Source: Schmidtea polychroa
Lineage: Eukaryota
Reading direction: 5' to 3'
Assembly (NCBI GenBank): GCA_044892525.1
Contig: JBJFYX010000150.1
Coordinates: 62,001-126,000, forward strand
Length of the DNA: 64,000 bases
The notes beneath the pieces were generated by a model. The model did not search any database, was not told the origin of the DNA, and worked only from the letters and a program-made list of their open reading frames with translations. How positions within the stretch are numbered: the first letter of the stretch is position 1; the number at the start of each line of letters is the position of its first letter. Positions 49,114 through 62,114 of this stretch are shown piece by piece. Position numbers and translations under genes: made by a program.

Positions 49114-50019
49114 TGTTAAAAAAAGGCACAAAAACAAAGTGAAAATCAATAAAAACATCAAATTCACAACAATAATTAAAAGTTCAAAAATATTAATTAA
49201 AAATCAAAAAAAATTAAAAATGAATATTTTTCGGGGGAAACTTGTATGAGCAAATGGGAACAATGAGACGACTTCAAATATAATAAAACTAAAATTAATG
49301 GGGGTCTCCAAAAGGAAAAAATTACAAAAACTAAAATTAATTAAAAATTAATTAGCTAATGGAAAAAGCCCTAATGGAAAAACATTATTTTCATTAATTT
49401 CTTTCATAATTTTTCATAATTGAATTATGTCGGGTTAAATTGGAGAATGAGAAAAACCTGAGAGAAAAAAGTGCCAATGGAAAATTAAATTCAGGGTAAT
49501 TGTCATAAAAAATTAAATGAATTGTCCAGAGGCCTGAAGGTTACAAATTCAAAAACAATTGGGTGAGCAATGGGAAGCCCAGAAAAAAGATACCCACATA
49601 ACAAACTTAATTTGATTGGGTAATAATTTAAATATGGGATTGGTGTAAATAAAGCAGCCAAGTCAACAGAATTGCCAGTTGATTGAAGAAAGAAGCTCAA
49701 TAAAATGAAAGGGAATTGAAAGCGATTTTAAAACATAGTGCTAACCAAATCAAGTTGAGTCTTAGCATAGCAGAAAGGGAAATCTCCCATTAGAAAGTAT
49801 ATCCTGTGCCAGACTGAGGTTGAACTTGGAAAGTGTGTAGAATAAAAAGAGTTACGAAAACTGGTGCAAAGTGAAATTGTCGTATTAAAGTGTGCAATAG
49901 AGAAAAAGTGTAATTGTAATAATTTCGAAAAAATATTATTGTGTTGGGTTGTTTGATTTGCTTAATAAAAGGACACCAAAGAGTCAGACAGTGATACCGA
50001 CTTACATAAATACCCAACA
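49114..50019 (+). mobile_element. Second, diverged LTR of the same family
   Basis: TGTT...CCAACA, colinear with 47031-47867; no TSD seen. Confidence 0.72.
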
Positions 50020-52850
50020 TTTAATAAATTAATTTATAGTTCTATGTCAAACTTTTTATCCCTATTTCCACTTTTACTTTACGAAGATTATTTCTATCAA
50101 CATTAAACCATTTGAAAACCACAGTTAAGCTAAATTTTTGTTGTTGTCTTGGTGAATTTACAAGTTTTGATTTCAAATTGATGTCAAGAAATCAAAATTG
50201 AGAAATAAAATGCAGGCCAAACTGTCATTTTATACATAAAAAATAATTGATAGGAGTCTAAATGACATTAATTTAGAGATTCAATAATAAGATAAAATAA
50301 AATTGCAAATAATAAATGGGTGAATGTCATATCCAAAACAGACATTAAATTAGAGCCTTGACTTATGAAACTGGTAGCATGGAATAAAACCATTTATGGT
50401 ATAAAAAGACATTAGACTTATTTTATAGAAAAAACAAACTTATTTCCATGGTGATTTAAAATGTTGCATGGAATAAAATAATTTATATAGAAATTGAGAA
50501 AATGATAGAAAAAATTAATTTAACACACAAACACATAGTAAAATGCATGTTAACTTTTGATATATGTAAATTTTGATTTGATATTTGAAAATAAATATCA
50601 GCTAAAATTTGAATTTAATGCCAAATTTTACAATTTTATGAGTTACCAAGAAAATAAAGCGATAAAATAGTAAATGATGAAAATAAATTTCATTTTAAAC
50701 TATTGTTATGAATACATATAAATTACAAATTTACAATAATTTACAAATTTAGTGAGATAAATGTCAAAAAGTCAATATATAAACCTAAAAACATTATTTT
50801 ATAAATATTCGTCATTGTCTTCACATCATTTACACCATATTAAAAAATATTTTTTCAAAATCTTTAAATAAAATAGTAAATTATGGACGATTGGGTTTAT
50901 AGATTTTGATATCCATTTGATTATTTTATAAATTTAAAATTATATAAATAACTTACACTTTTTTGAAATAATTTTGACATTAAAATTCACATAAATAATT
51001 TAAAATATGAAATTTCCATAATTTTTTTATAAAATCTTGACATTAATTTGTAGACAGTTATAACTCATTTTATTTCCACGCAAATCCTGCAATCAAATGC
51101 AAGACGGTGAATGATAAAAGAATCACAACAGTACATTAAATAATTGCATCGACATTTAATTAGCTGCATTTTTTTGATTACAATTATTAATATTTTGAAA
51201 ATTCTAAAAAAATTTATATTTTAAAAATTCTTATTAAATTGAAAACTTGAAAATTAATTAAAAAGTATTATTGATTTTATTTATTATAATAAAATATAAA
51301 TTACATAGAAATAAATTTAATTTCTACATTAGTAAATTTTGACTGGCACCTATAAGTTTTAAAAAAAATATTTTTTCATATTAAGACAAATGTTGAAAAA
51401 ATCCACAAAAATAAATTAAAAATTATTAGTTTAATGACCTGTCATTAATGAATACTGTCCAAATGTTCTTTGTGGTCTTTTGGGGGATACTTCAGGAATA
51501 TCCATGGTGATATAGAGCTTTGTAGAATTTGAGGCTGTGCTTATTTCATCTGGATTTTAGAAGTTGTCGAAGTTACTTGCCATTAAATAGCAAACGTAAA
51601 TTTCTTTTAATGCAACTTGATTTGAAAAAAAAATTGTGTTCCATTTACTAAACAGAACTACATCAAATTTTGTATAATCCATTTTATATCACATGTCACA
51701 ACTTGTGACTCACAAGACGATCAAAAATGGGAAAGTTAAAATGAAAGAGAATAAACAATGAAAACAAACTATGCTGAATAAATTTGTCGAACGTCTTAAA
51801 ATCATATATAAATTCATAGAATCATATATAAAATATATTATATTTGATAAACTTAATTTAAAAAACATTTTAAACAAAAATGAGCTCAAATTTAAAATAT
51901 TAAATAACTTTGCATTAATATAGTAATTTAATAAATAAATTGTTTTATTGTTTAAGAGCAAAAATCAATAAAATTATTTGAATTTTGTTTTATCTATCAA
52001 ACGTTTTTTAGGAAACGTAGGAAACGAGAATAGAATTTGGCTGATAAATTAATATAAATCTCTTTTTTTTATTTTTATAGAAATAAAAATAATTTTTTTA
52101 ATTAGAAATGAATTTAATTGAATTCATTCGATAAGGATTTCCCGGCTGTCTCATTTAGAGATCGTTCTTGCGTTGATGTTGAAAGTGAAACTTTAAAAAT
52201 ACCGCAACAAAATCAAATTAAAAATAAATTTGGAAATATAATCAAAACAAATTATTTAATTTATATTTTATTTTAAACAAAATCGATTTAGTATAAACAA
52301 AAAAGAAGAGGGCAAGAGGGAGTTGAAAGTGTAAGGAGTTAGTAAACTCCTATATAAGATTATTATGGTTAAATGATAGAAGTGAGATCAGTTAGTAGAA
52401 ATAATTATCTTTGTTAAATTTTTATATTTAAATTCTATATTAAATTATATCATATTAAATTAAATCAATTAAATGTATGACCGGTAATTACATTAATATT
52501 AAGAATTATCACGCCTCGGTGTTTAAATACGCCAGTAAAAGTTTGAAGTTGTTATAAAAAATAAGTGCTTGAAGAAGATTTGAATTTAATTGCGTCTAAC
52601 AGAAAGAATAAAAATTCCAGACATCATTCATTATATAAATATATATATTTTTAAATTATTAAATCAAACCACTATTCCCTGAATATTTGATTGCATTTTT
52701 TGATATATATTATAAAATCTTTTGTTTTCAAATTTCACCACTGATTTATTTTCCATTGACAATGTATTTAAAAAAGCTTGACTATGAATCAGTAAGTATA
52801 TCGATGTTTTTGATATACTTACTGATTCATAGTCAAGTTTTGTTTATAAT

Positions 52851-52853
<3 letters not shown>

Positions 52854-52918
<65 letters not shown>
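52854..52918. repeat. (TA)n microsatellite
   Basis: About 32 units. Confidence 0.97.
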
Positions 52919-52922
<4 letters not shown>

Positions 52923-53924
52923 CTGTCACGTCGATTACGTGAAATCGATCCACAATACCTAATTCATGAAAAACGCAATACATTTTCATCAATGGCCAAT
53001 ATTTTATAATAAAATATAAGTATTTTATTTTAAATATTTTATGTTGTATTTTAACAATCTTTCACTATGCAAATTTAAATAATATATCATTTCTTTTAGC
53101 TTGAAATACAAAGCGAGTTAATATATTCAATAATTGTATCAAAATAGATGAAATCATAACATATACTCAGCAAAATTTGCCGATTACGTTAAATCGGTAA
53201 TGGGCTTCCGTTTTTGATGAATTTCGCAATTTCATGGATTCAGCGAATAATCAAAATATATATATTTTTTATAAATTTTTAATCAGAATATTATTAAATA
53301 AATAGTTTGCAGTAGTTTCAAGTGCTCAGAAACCTGTGGTACCATAGAAAAATGGTATATCACATCGTCTGCTTAGAATGACCTTTATTTTTGGTTCACA
53401 AAACAAGATAGCTGAATAATTTTTTATTCAAAAAATATATTGAATATAATACTAATTTCATAAATAATAAAAAATGTTTTAGGTAATATTTAAAAGACTT
53501 AATAATTATACTACTCGTTTATTAGTCAGTAAATAAATATAATAATTTTAATCAAATATTTTTTGTAAATAAAATACCAACATTAAAAAATTATTATTAT
53601 TGTTTTATTGCATCGTTTATATTTTTGACATATCCTAGAACACATCAGTTCCTAATCTTTCTGGTGCTGTAACCCTTTGATAATATTTTCCAAGTTGTGA
53701 TAACATTAGTCGTGTTGTTTTAATTTCACAGCACTAACTATTATGTTTTTGATTTCCTGAATAAATTTTTATAATTGAATCATAATAAATTGTCAACACA
53801 ACAATTTGTTATACTTTTTGATGAATATTTTTAAAAATGAACGTGCAAATTAGAAATTGTAAAATTCAACAAAGAACGCAATTTTTATTAATATTAATTT
53901 TCAGAAAATCTCAGATGATCCACG

Positions 53925-53957
53925 ATGGGGTCGCGATCTACAGGTTTGAAATCATTG
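53925..53957 (+). mobile_element. Possible hAT-Charlie-type terminus
   Basis: GGGGTCGCGATCTACAGGTTTGAAATCATTG resembles Charlie-type ends; partner end and TSD not confirmed. Confidence 0.3.
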
Positions 53958-54208
53958 TCCTGGAACCTATGTTTTATCATTTGTAATGTTGTAAAGTCTC
54001 TCTTAAAGAAACTTAAGTTAATACTTTGATGCAAATAAAAGGTTAATTCTATTGCATAAGATAGTACAAAATGGTGTTTTAATTTAGTGAGTAATTATTA
54101 TAATAAAATATTATAATCAAAAGATCAAACCGAAAATGGTTCAGAACAGCATTAAAAATAGTATATAAATAACAATGAAAATAAATTATTATAAAACAAA
54201 ATTTATTT

Positions 54209-55741
54209 TTAAATCTGATTTCTCCAATTTTCTAATTGACTTTTTGTTAATTCATAAATTTGATAACTTTCTGAATCCATTTCTAACTCAACATGAGCTT
54301 GATTATTAAGGTAATTTTCAAATGTGGCCAAAAATGTTTTAATTTGGCCTTTAAAGATATATAATTGGCTGTTAGTAAAAACACGCGAATTGTAACAATT
54401 ATCCAATAGGAACGCTTGAATATCGCAAAATTCATCACAGATATCTTGGAAGTATCTCATTTCATTTAGTAAATACTTAATAAATTTAAAATTCGGATTT
54501 TTCTTCAGCCAAAAATAATCCGGATTACTGGAAATAAATACTCGAAGAAGATTTTCGAATTCAAAATTGATAATTTCGAACTGATAAAAATTAATAAAAC
54601 AATTATTTTTCAAATCATTACAGAATTTTTGAATTTCTTCAGTCGTTGTAAAATTTTTAAAATTCAAAACCACTAAATTGATATTTTTTGCAAAATCCGT
54701 TTTCTTTAAAACTGACAAAAATTTCAATAATCTGGTTTGATTAAAATTAATTAAAGTGGAAATGAAATTAAATAAAAATGTAAAAATTGATTGTTTCTGA
54801 TCTTCTGACATTCCCTGAGCATCATTTGGACAACTTTCTTGAGTAATCATAAATTTATTTACACAAGTATTATCATAAAAATTATCATAATTATTATTCG
54901 AATCCCATTTAGCATTACAAATTATGGGATATTTGTCGATTATTTCCTCCTGATTTTTTATTGATTTATACAACTCACTATTTTTAGAAACAAAAATCAT
55001 TGTCAAAGCTGTCATTGACAAATCAATATTATGGATGATTTCTATTTCATTTGAAATGATTTCCAATAGATTATTGATTTTTCTAAAACCCGGAATGCCT
55101 AAATCATAATGCCATGGAAAATCAATTAAACAATCAAAATAAATCAGTGAATCGAATACCATTTGAATGTGCTTGAAATTAAGGACAGACATTTCGAATT
55201 CTGTTAAATTTTTTTTATTGCCTTTAGAGAGAACCGAATAGAAAACATTGTACTTTGTAAAATTATAATATGAAGGTGGTGAAAGAAGATTTATTCTCCT
55301 AAACATCAATAAATACTCATTTTCTAAATATTTGGCATTATTTAAATTGATTTCTTCTTTTTCTTCAGATAAACATATCAGGAAAGTGAGTATAGAATTT
55401 AATGACGTTTTGATTTCTGTTATAATGTTAGTGACGCCTAAAAAAGAATTCTCCCAAAACTTTTCAATGCATGAAATAAATAGCTGAGGATGATCTCTTA
55501 CAACATCTTCCTGAAATTTTGATATGGATTCGAAGGGAATTTGGGACTGATCATCGCATGATTCAGGTAAAGTTTTAACTTTCGATATTTCATGTCTATC
55601 AAGAGGACATGTTACTTTATTTTTAAATAATAATTCAATTCCACACAAAAAACAAAACATGTGACCGCATTTATCAAATCTTACAGCTTTCTCAATAACA
55701 TCATAACAAATTAAACATATATTTTCGTCCTTTGAATCCAT
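54209..55741 (-). CDS. Intronless 510-aa protein with N-terminal C3HC4-type RING finger (putative E3 ligase)
   Basis: CLIC..CGHMFCFLC..CPLDR (last ligand Asp, as in TRAF-type RINGs); uninterrupted 1.5-kb ORF in very AT-rich DNA. Confidence 0.85.
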   Translation of the reverse strand: MDSKDENICLICYDVIEKAVRFDKCGHMFCFLCGIELLFKNKVTCPLDRHEISKVKTLPESCDDQSQIPFESISKFQEDVVRDHPQLFISCIEKFWENSFLGVTNIITEIKTSLNSILTFLICLSEEKEEINLNNAKYLENEYLLMFRRINLLSPPSYYNFTKYNVFYSVLSKGNKKNLTEFEMSVLNFKHIQMVFDSLIYFDCLIDFPWHYDLGIPGFRKINNLLEIISNEIEIIHNIDLSMTALTMIFVSKNSELYKSIKNQEEIIDKYPIICNAKWDSNNNYDNFYDNTCVNKFMITQESCPNDAQGMSEDQKQSIFTFLFNFISTLINFNQTRLLKFLSVLKKTDFAKNINLVVLNFKNFTTTEEIQKFCNDLKNNCFINFYQFEIINFEFENLLRVFISSNPDYFWLKKNPNFKFIKYLLNEMRYFQDICDEFCDIQAFLLDNCYNSRVFTNSQLYIFKGQIKTFLATFENYLNNQAHVELEMDSESYQIYELTKSQLENWRNQI

Positions 55742-56499
55742 TGCAAATAATATTTGAAATATAAGTCATTTTATAAACAATTTTTTACAAATTTCCAAAT
55801 TTTTTTTAAAATTATTTATTTGTTAAATTGGAGTAATTTTTAAATGATTTTTCTAATATTTTAATATTTGTTTTAATGAAAAAATTATAAATATAAAATA
55901 TAAAAAATATAGCGGGAGATTCATTAAGACTTTAAATTTTAAAAGTTGGCTTTTTTTATTTTAGATTTATCTTAAAATCGACTTTCCTCTATTGAATGAT
56001 GCATAATTTGTCCAATTCGGCCAATTAGTTCTTTTACAACTGTCATTTATTTATGTATAAAATAGCATTTCTTTAAATAATATAAATAAAATTTAAATAA
56101 AAAATATTTAATTTTAAAAATTAAATTCCTAATGATAAAATTTAAAAAATTTATGATAATTTTATTGAATAATTATTTTTAAATTAAATAACGAAATATT
56201 TCAAAAGTAACTCCACATTCGACCTACTAAAAATATTTTAATTTATTTTATTTATATTTTAATTTTTTAATTTATAAATGATTTTAATTTTTTTGTAATC
56301 TTAAATACGCATGATTAATTATTAGCTTCATTAAAATATGTAAAATATTTTTTAAATTAAAATAATTGAATTTAATATTAAAAATTATTTCCATTCATTC
56401 TAATAATAAAAATTATTTTATTTTTTAACATTATATTAAACAAACGAATCTTTTTATTTAAAAACCTTATTCAAAGCAAAAATAGAACGTTTTCCTAAA

Positions 56500-57374
56500 A
56501 AACTATTAGTAAATTCACATTTGGAAGTCTTAGTAAATATGAAATGGACCCAAGCAATTTGCCAAGAAAATATAATGAAATTACCCAAGACACAGTGGAA
56601 AATTCCAAAAAGCCTGAAAGATCATAAATGGCGCTTCATCATTAATGCTCGAGCAAATATGTAAGACCATAATATGAAACAGCCAAAACAAAGCGACAGA
56701 ATAAGAAACTGTGAAAACCTTCACGAATCATCAATATATCTACTCAAGATCTGTGTAAATGGGAAGAGAATGAAGATGAATAAGCATTATGAAGTCCAAA
56801 AATCCTTAGAAGATCTGCTAAGAAGTAATGAAATGAACATTGAGATCGAAACAAAACCAAAAGAGGCAAAAAAGAAGGAAATTTTAAAACCAGACATTGT
56901 CATCCGAATGAAGGATAAGTTTATCATAATAGATATCAAATGTCCATTCGACGACATCACTACAATGGAAGTCTAAAGAACCAAAAATCATAATAAATGC
57001 AGAAAACTAGCCTAAGATATTCAAGAAGAAACCAGGATTTACACAACAGTGAGAACATTCCTTATGTGTTCACTTGGAACCTAGGATATTAGAAATAATG
57101 ACATATTCAGAAATTTCGGCTTCAGATATGATGACTATCACCCAATCAAAGCTAAAATGATCGAGAGAGTGATAAAAGGGCTCAAGAAATACCTACAAAA
57201 CCAATCGAGGTCTCCACCAATAAAGAATAACAGATCTTGTCACGATGATTGTGCCGGAATCGTAAAAATGCACACAAGAGAATTCAACTCCCTATAATAG
57301 CTTGCTGTAATATTTTTTCTTGCATATTCATTATGCATTGTTTATTTTTATTAATAAATGTTTTGAAAAAAAAA
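56500..57374 (+). mobile_element. 5'-truncated RLE-type non-LTR retrotransposon (R2/NeSL/Utopia-like), C-terminus plus 3' UTR and A-tail
   Basis: KWRFIINARAN, degenerate CCHC, KHYEV, LKPDIVI..IIIDIKCPFD (PD..D endonuclease), CSLGT*; AATAAA then A-run near 57366-57374. Confidence 0.85.
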
Positions 57375-59160
57375 TTAAATTAAACAATATTCGGAGTTCA
57401 TAAAAATAAATTTACAGTTTTTACTTGTTCATCACGATGAAATGGAATCTAAAAGTATTACTATATTATATTAAGGTAAGGATTGCACCAGACGTAAAAT
57501 TTGACCTAATAATTTGTAACTTGGAGAATAATTTAAACTAACCTATTTGACCTTAAAATGTCCTACTTTCATGGTTGCTATGATAACCACGTGGTTTTCA
57601 TGGTAATAAATAATTTACTTAACTGACCAATATAGAAAACATTTCGACTTCTTTTTTAATGGTTGTCACATATATCTGACACAAACATATCTATAATGCG
57701 ACTGTAATATTTTCAAATAGTGGGTTAGGTGTGTAGAAAATGTTTTGTTACATTCGCGTCCCACTAACAACTACACATAATTATTTTAATTGGCCACAAG
57801 CGACGTTGGTACTGTGATTTAACGGGGGCTGTCAGCAAAAGGTGAGTCCTTTCACCAGGACTGCTAATGACCTGGCGAGACTCTGGGTTCATGGGCTACC
57901 ATAGAAGGTATTGTGTTCCATTTTCTCTTGTTTCTTCATCCTTTTGATTTATTCAATTTCTTAGATGTCGCCATCGACCTCGAATTTCTATGTTTAAAAC
58001 TTTTACTGAAAATGAGTTTCAAAGAGTTAGAAAATACGAGTTTATCTTATTAATGTTTTGTCTCAAATCATTTGCGATAAGGTTACCATATTATATTAGA
58101 GTTGTTCACATTACACAAATATTGTATACAAAGTTGTTATTAATTTATAATCAATTAAATTTCATTTTTAGGTTTCTAAATGTTCTAAGTAGTGTTTCTT
58201 CTCGAGAATTTCCCGAGAATTTTTTTTTTAAAAATTGTAATGTTTTTTTTATATTTTTTCGAGCAAATTATTTTAACCGCATCAGTTCGGCATGTCTGGG
58301 ATTTTATGTCTCTATTAAACATTCCATTTTCTTCGAATACAGATATTGGAAGATATCGAGTGCACATGCGTTACTGGTGCTATTAAATAACTGTTTGTGT
58401 GTCTGCATGTAAGTGAGCGAGCGAGAAAGAAAGAACGCACGCATGCGTCACTATTTATTATAAAAAAAATCAAATTTTATTTCATGTAAATCCATCTGGC
58501 ATAAAGCCGAAGGGGAGAACGGTTCTCACCCTTATGTAATCTACAGCTTTTATTCTTTTAGTCTTCGGATGCTAGAGTTAATAACTCCCGCATCAAACGC
58601 GGTTTTCCCTGAAAACTTCAGTCAGGTTTGGTATCAGATAATCCTTTCTGAAGCTCCTGGCATTGGCTCATTCATATTTTATCTCATTGAGGTTGTTTTT
58701 TTTCCCGGTAAGCATCGTTGAGCATAGTAGGGGATAAACATGGCTAAGCATAAACATGATCAGTCATGGCCCATATAGATGCAACGGACATTCATTCAAA
58801 GGTTAGTTCTTTCGGATTGATTAGGAGAGGCTGAGCAACTCAAGATGAGTTTAGGTTTCCGCCGGATCCAAGTGGATTCTGAAGTAGTTCAAGCATATCT
58901 GGACGGATTTCCCAGTTTTAGCAGATGGAGTAGCAATGGTAAGGAGAGGCTGTTCAAGCTTCTGTCTGATTAGTTTAAATGAGGTTATGGGCTCTAAAAA
59001 ACGGAATTTAATAATTCGGAGTAAGAAGACTCCATTTGTGATTTTTGTAGCGGTCAAATATTATACATTATATTATAGTAAAGATTGGAAGGAATGGTGT
59101 AAAGGAAGAGGAGGTTTTATGAATAGGTTGTTATATTAGATATATAAACAACTTAAAGGT

Positions 59161-59216
59161 ATTATCAGTGAGGCGGAGCCCCTACAAGGACTCCTATATT
59201 GACCCACTGATAATAT
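59161..59216 (-). other. Conserved stem-loop just downstream of the stop codon
   Basis: ATTATCAGTG..GGAGTCC-TTGTA-GGGCTCC..CACTGATAAT; homolog of 24599-24654. Confidence 0.85.
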
Positions 59217-59224
59217 ACATACGC

Positions 59225-60524
59225 TTAGTTGCGTTTTCTTTTCTTCTTTCTAATATTACAATTCTTTAGTTCAGGTATTCGATTCGTCATTTTATTTTTT
59301 AGTTTTTCGGTTATTCTTTTTCTCTGTTGAATGAAGGATTCATATACACACTTAACCGTGTGAGATGTTAGGTAGGTATCATATTTTAGAGCTCTTACGC
59401 TATAGTTAGTAAGAAAGATTTCGAAGAAAAAATTTCTGTATTCTTTTTCTTTTTTGTTATCATCATCAGGCATACTTTTTTTGCCATTCCTTAACTTCCG
59501 AATAGCAATACTTCGCATTTCAATGCTGTCTTCAAGGAAATTGGAATAAATCGCATTATAAGTTTCTTCGGTTTGATATTTACAATATTCGAAGTTAGAT
59601 AGGTCATCAATAGTGCCAAGGATTTCGAAGAACACATTCATAAGTGTCTTGTTTTCAATTTTCTTTTTATCAATCGTATTTGGTTTAGGTAATATTTTGA
59701 AATTAATTTTTAGGTATGGTAATTGTTCAGATTTTTTGACCATATTGGACTCACCTCTGAAGGTCAAATCAGGTCTCAGCTTCTTTATGTCAGACAGTTT
59801 ATTAAATATAAATAGTTCAGTAATGTCTGGAAGATATTTACCGTAGGTTAGCTCGGATATATTCTTAGTACATTGAATCTCATAGAAACCATTCATCAAT
59901 TCTTTCTCCTCATAGTATTCGTCATTATTACGTTTCTTCGGAATTTGTTTATCATTAAAAGGTTTTTCAATTTTTGGCATTGGTTCAAGTTTCTTGACGT
60001 TTTTAAGCTTGTTAATAAGGGTCAGATTATCTTCTCTTTCTCTTGATAGTTTCATATAGTATTCCACGTCAAGGTCTGTCATTCCGTAATCGGTTGGGTA
60101 TTCGTTGTCATTTGTAAGTGTACAGCCAAAAAAGTAATTAATATCTTCTTTACTGTAGTCGAGTTGGGTCTGAAGATCGTCTGAGTTGAGATAAGAAATG
60201 GAATCAGAATTAGGAACAGAATCAGAATTAAGATCAGAATCTGAATTAAGATCAGAATCCAAGTTGGGATCAGAATCAGAATTAAGATCAGAATTAGAAT
60301 TAAAATCGGAAACAGAATTCTGATCGGCATCAGAATTTGGATCGTAATCAGAATTTGAATCGGAATCAGAATTTGGATCATTATGAGTAATACATTCATC
60401 AATATCATTTTTAGTTTCAATTATACTATCATCAATAAGATTGATATTATAAGCAGTCGGCGATTTAGGGGATTTTGGAATTTGGGCTATTGGTAGATCA
60501 ATATTCAGGTTTATTTGGTTATCC
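59225..60524 (-). CDS. C-terminal part of the element protein: Ser/Asp tract plus ~300-aa unknown domain ending in a basic NLS-like tail
   Basis: Frame is open from 60524 (NLIDDSII, shared with copy 1) through the track ORF 59225-60262 to RKKKRKRN*; joined to upstream parts only via frameshifts. Confidence 0.6.
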
Positions 60525-61088
60525 TTTTTTTACTTTGGTATTAGCCAAGATTGGTATTATCGGGATTCGTCGGGTTATTTTTAATAATGTTAAATGGTTT
60601 GGGAATTATTTGGGCAGTATCAATATTAGGTTCTTTAATTAGTTCTTCGTCATCTTTTTTGACTTTATCATCATTCTTAGTGTTTGTTAATAAGTATTCA
60701 AAACGCATATTATACTTAATCTTAAATTTTTTACGTTTAAAAATTTCGAGGTCAGATATTTTATCTTTTACGACAGAGTTATTGATTTTTATATATTTAG
60801 ATATTAAAAATAGTTCATATCATATTATACTTAATTTTATGTTTTCTACGTTTAAAGATTTCTAGGTTAATAATTGGTTTTAGTGGAATAGGATTAGAGT
60901 AGTGGGCTCTTGGTAGGTTAATATAGATTGAATTTTTTGGTTCCCAAATTTTGACGGTCGGTTTTGGTATGGAGTAAGGAGGATTGATAGGGTAATTTCT
61001 CATTTGAGTTAATTCCTTTATCTTACATCTCTTGCTAACATTTTTCGTGAGTCGGCCGGAGGCCGAAGAGCTGCGTTTGCTCAAAAAT

Positions 61089-61964
61089 TTAATATCCAAT
61101 GTAACATTTGCTGGGAGCCGGCTTCGGCCGGCGAGATGTGTATATTATCCTTTTCATCCTCCGAAGGAGGACGAAAAAATTTTTAGCATGGTCATCGGAT
61201 CTGAAATTTGGTGGAAATATAAACAATTTATCCCTTAAATTTTCTTTGAATTTTTTAATTTTTCTATTTTTAATTTTTCTCTTTTTATAATTAAGTTTCA
61301 CGTTATTAAGTTTTACGTTATTAAATTTTACTTTATTAAATTTTACGTTAAAATCATTTATGAAAAAGTCATTAAAATAAATAATATTAAGATTATTTTC
61401 AAAAAATGATATATTTTTAATTCTCCGAGTATCTTTTTTACATTTTTTATAAATATTTTTATCAAAAGGATAATTTTTATTTTCATTAATTTTACTTTTA
61501 TCGTCATTACGTATACTTTTAGCATTAGAATTTACATTAGTAGTTTTATTTTTAGAATCCTTATAAGATTTATTATTAATAATTTTATTTTTAAAAGCAT
61601 TTTTAAAATCATTTGATAGGTAATTCTGATTATTAATTACTTTTAACTGCCATATTTCTATAGCCGCTCCAAACGCATTTAGGAAGTCAACGTGTTGTTC
61701 ACGGACTAAGTTTCTTATGATGAAGCTTCCAAAGATAAGTTTATCGGCATATTTGTAAGTGTTTAAACTTATGTTCCTAATGTTGATGCCAATATTTTCC
61801 CAAATTGCGATTCGGAGATCCTTCGACATTACAATGGTTCCTGAAAAATAGTTAAGAAGCTAAAAAGCAATAAAAAACTCATTGATTTCTGCCCCAGTGC
61901 TAGCGAATGTTATATGAAGCAATTCTACTAAGCTCTGAGGAATTTTACCAAATATTTTTAGCAT
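61089..61964 (-). pseudogene. N-terminal part of the element protein, one stop, then a frameshift
   Basis: MLKIFGKIPQSLVELLHITFASTGAEINEFFIAF*LLNYFSGTIVMSKDLRIAIWENIG.. homologous to 21410; PPYSIPKP block continues in 60815-61099. Confidence 0.8.
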
Positions 61965-62114
61965 GGTCATCGAATCACGTGTCAAGGGCAAACAAATGAC
62001 AACAATTTCTTTTTCACACTGTACTTGCACTATGGAAGACAGTGGTACTTGCACTTTCAACAAGACAGGTGCGTGTATCCTCAGCAATAAAATTTTGCAA
62101 CCTCTCATCGTATA

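Larger units (their letters stand above)
58462..61972 (-). mobile_element. Unclassified ORF- and hairpin-bearing dispersed element, copy 2
   Basis: Inverted, colinear homolog of 21407-25802 with the same start motif and terminal aaataaaatttga(T)8. Confidence 0.8.

Noticed and set aside
51440-51720. Possible MATH-like exon on the minus strand (CDIKWIIQNL)
   Set aside because: Only one short motif, with stops; not supportable
57990-58412. 140-aa plus-strand ORF and overlapping small ORFs
   Set aside because: Low-complexity F/L/I-rich composition typical of chance ORFs in AT-rich DNA; no motif
60079-60420. Ile/Leu-rich 113-aa ORF (also 22824-23147)
   Set aside because: Alternative frame of the Ser/Asp codon repeat
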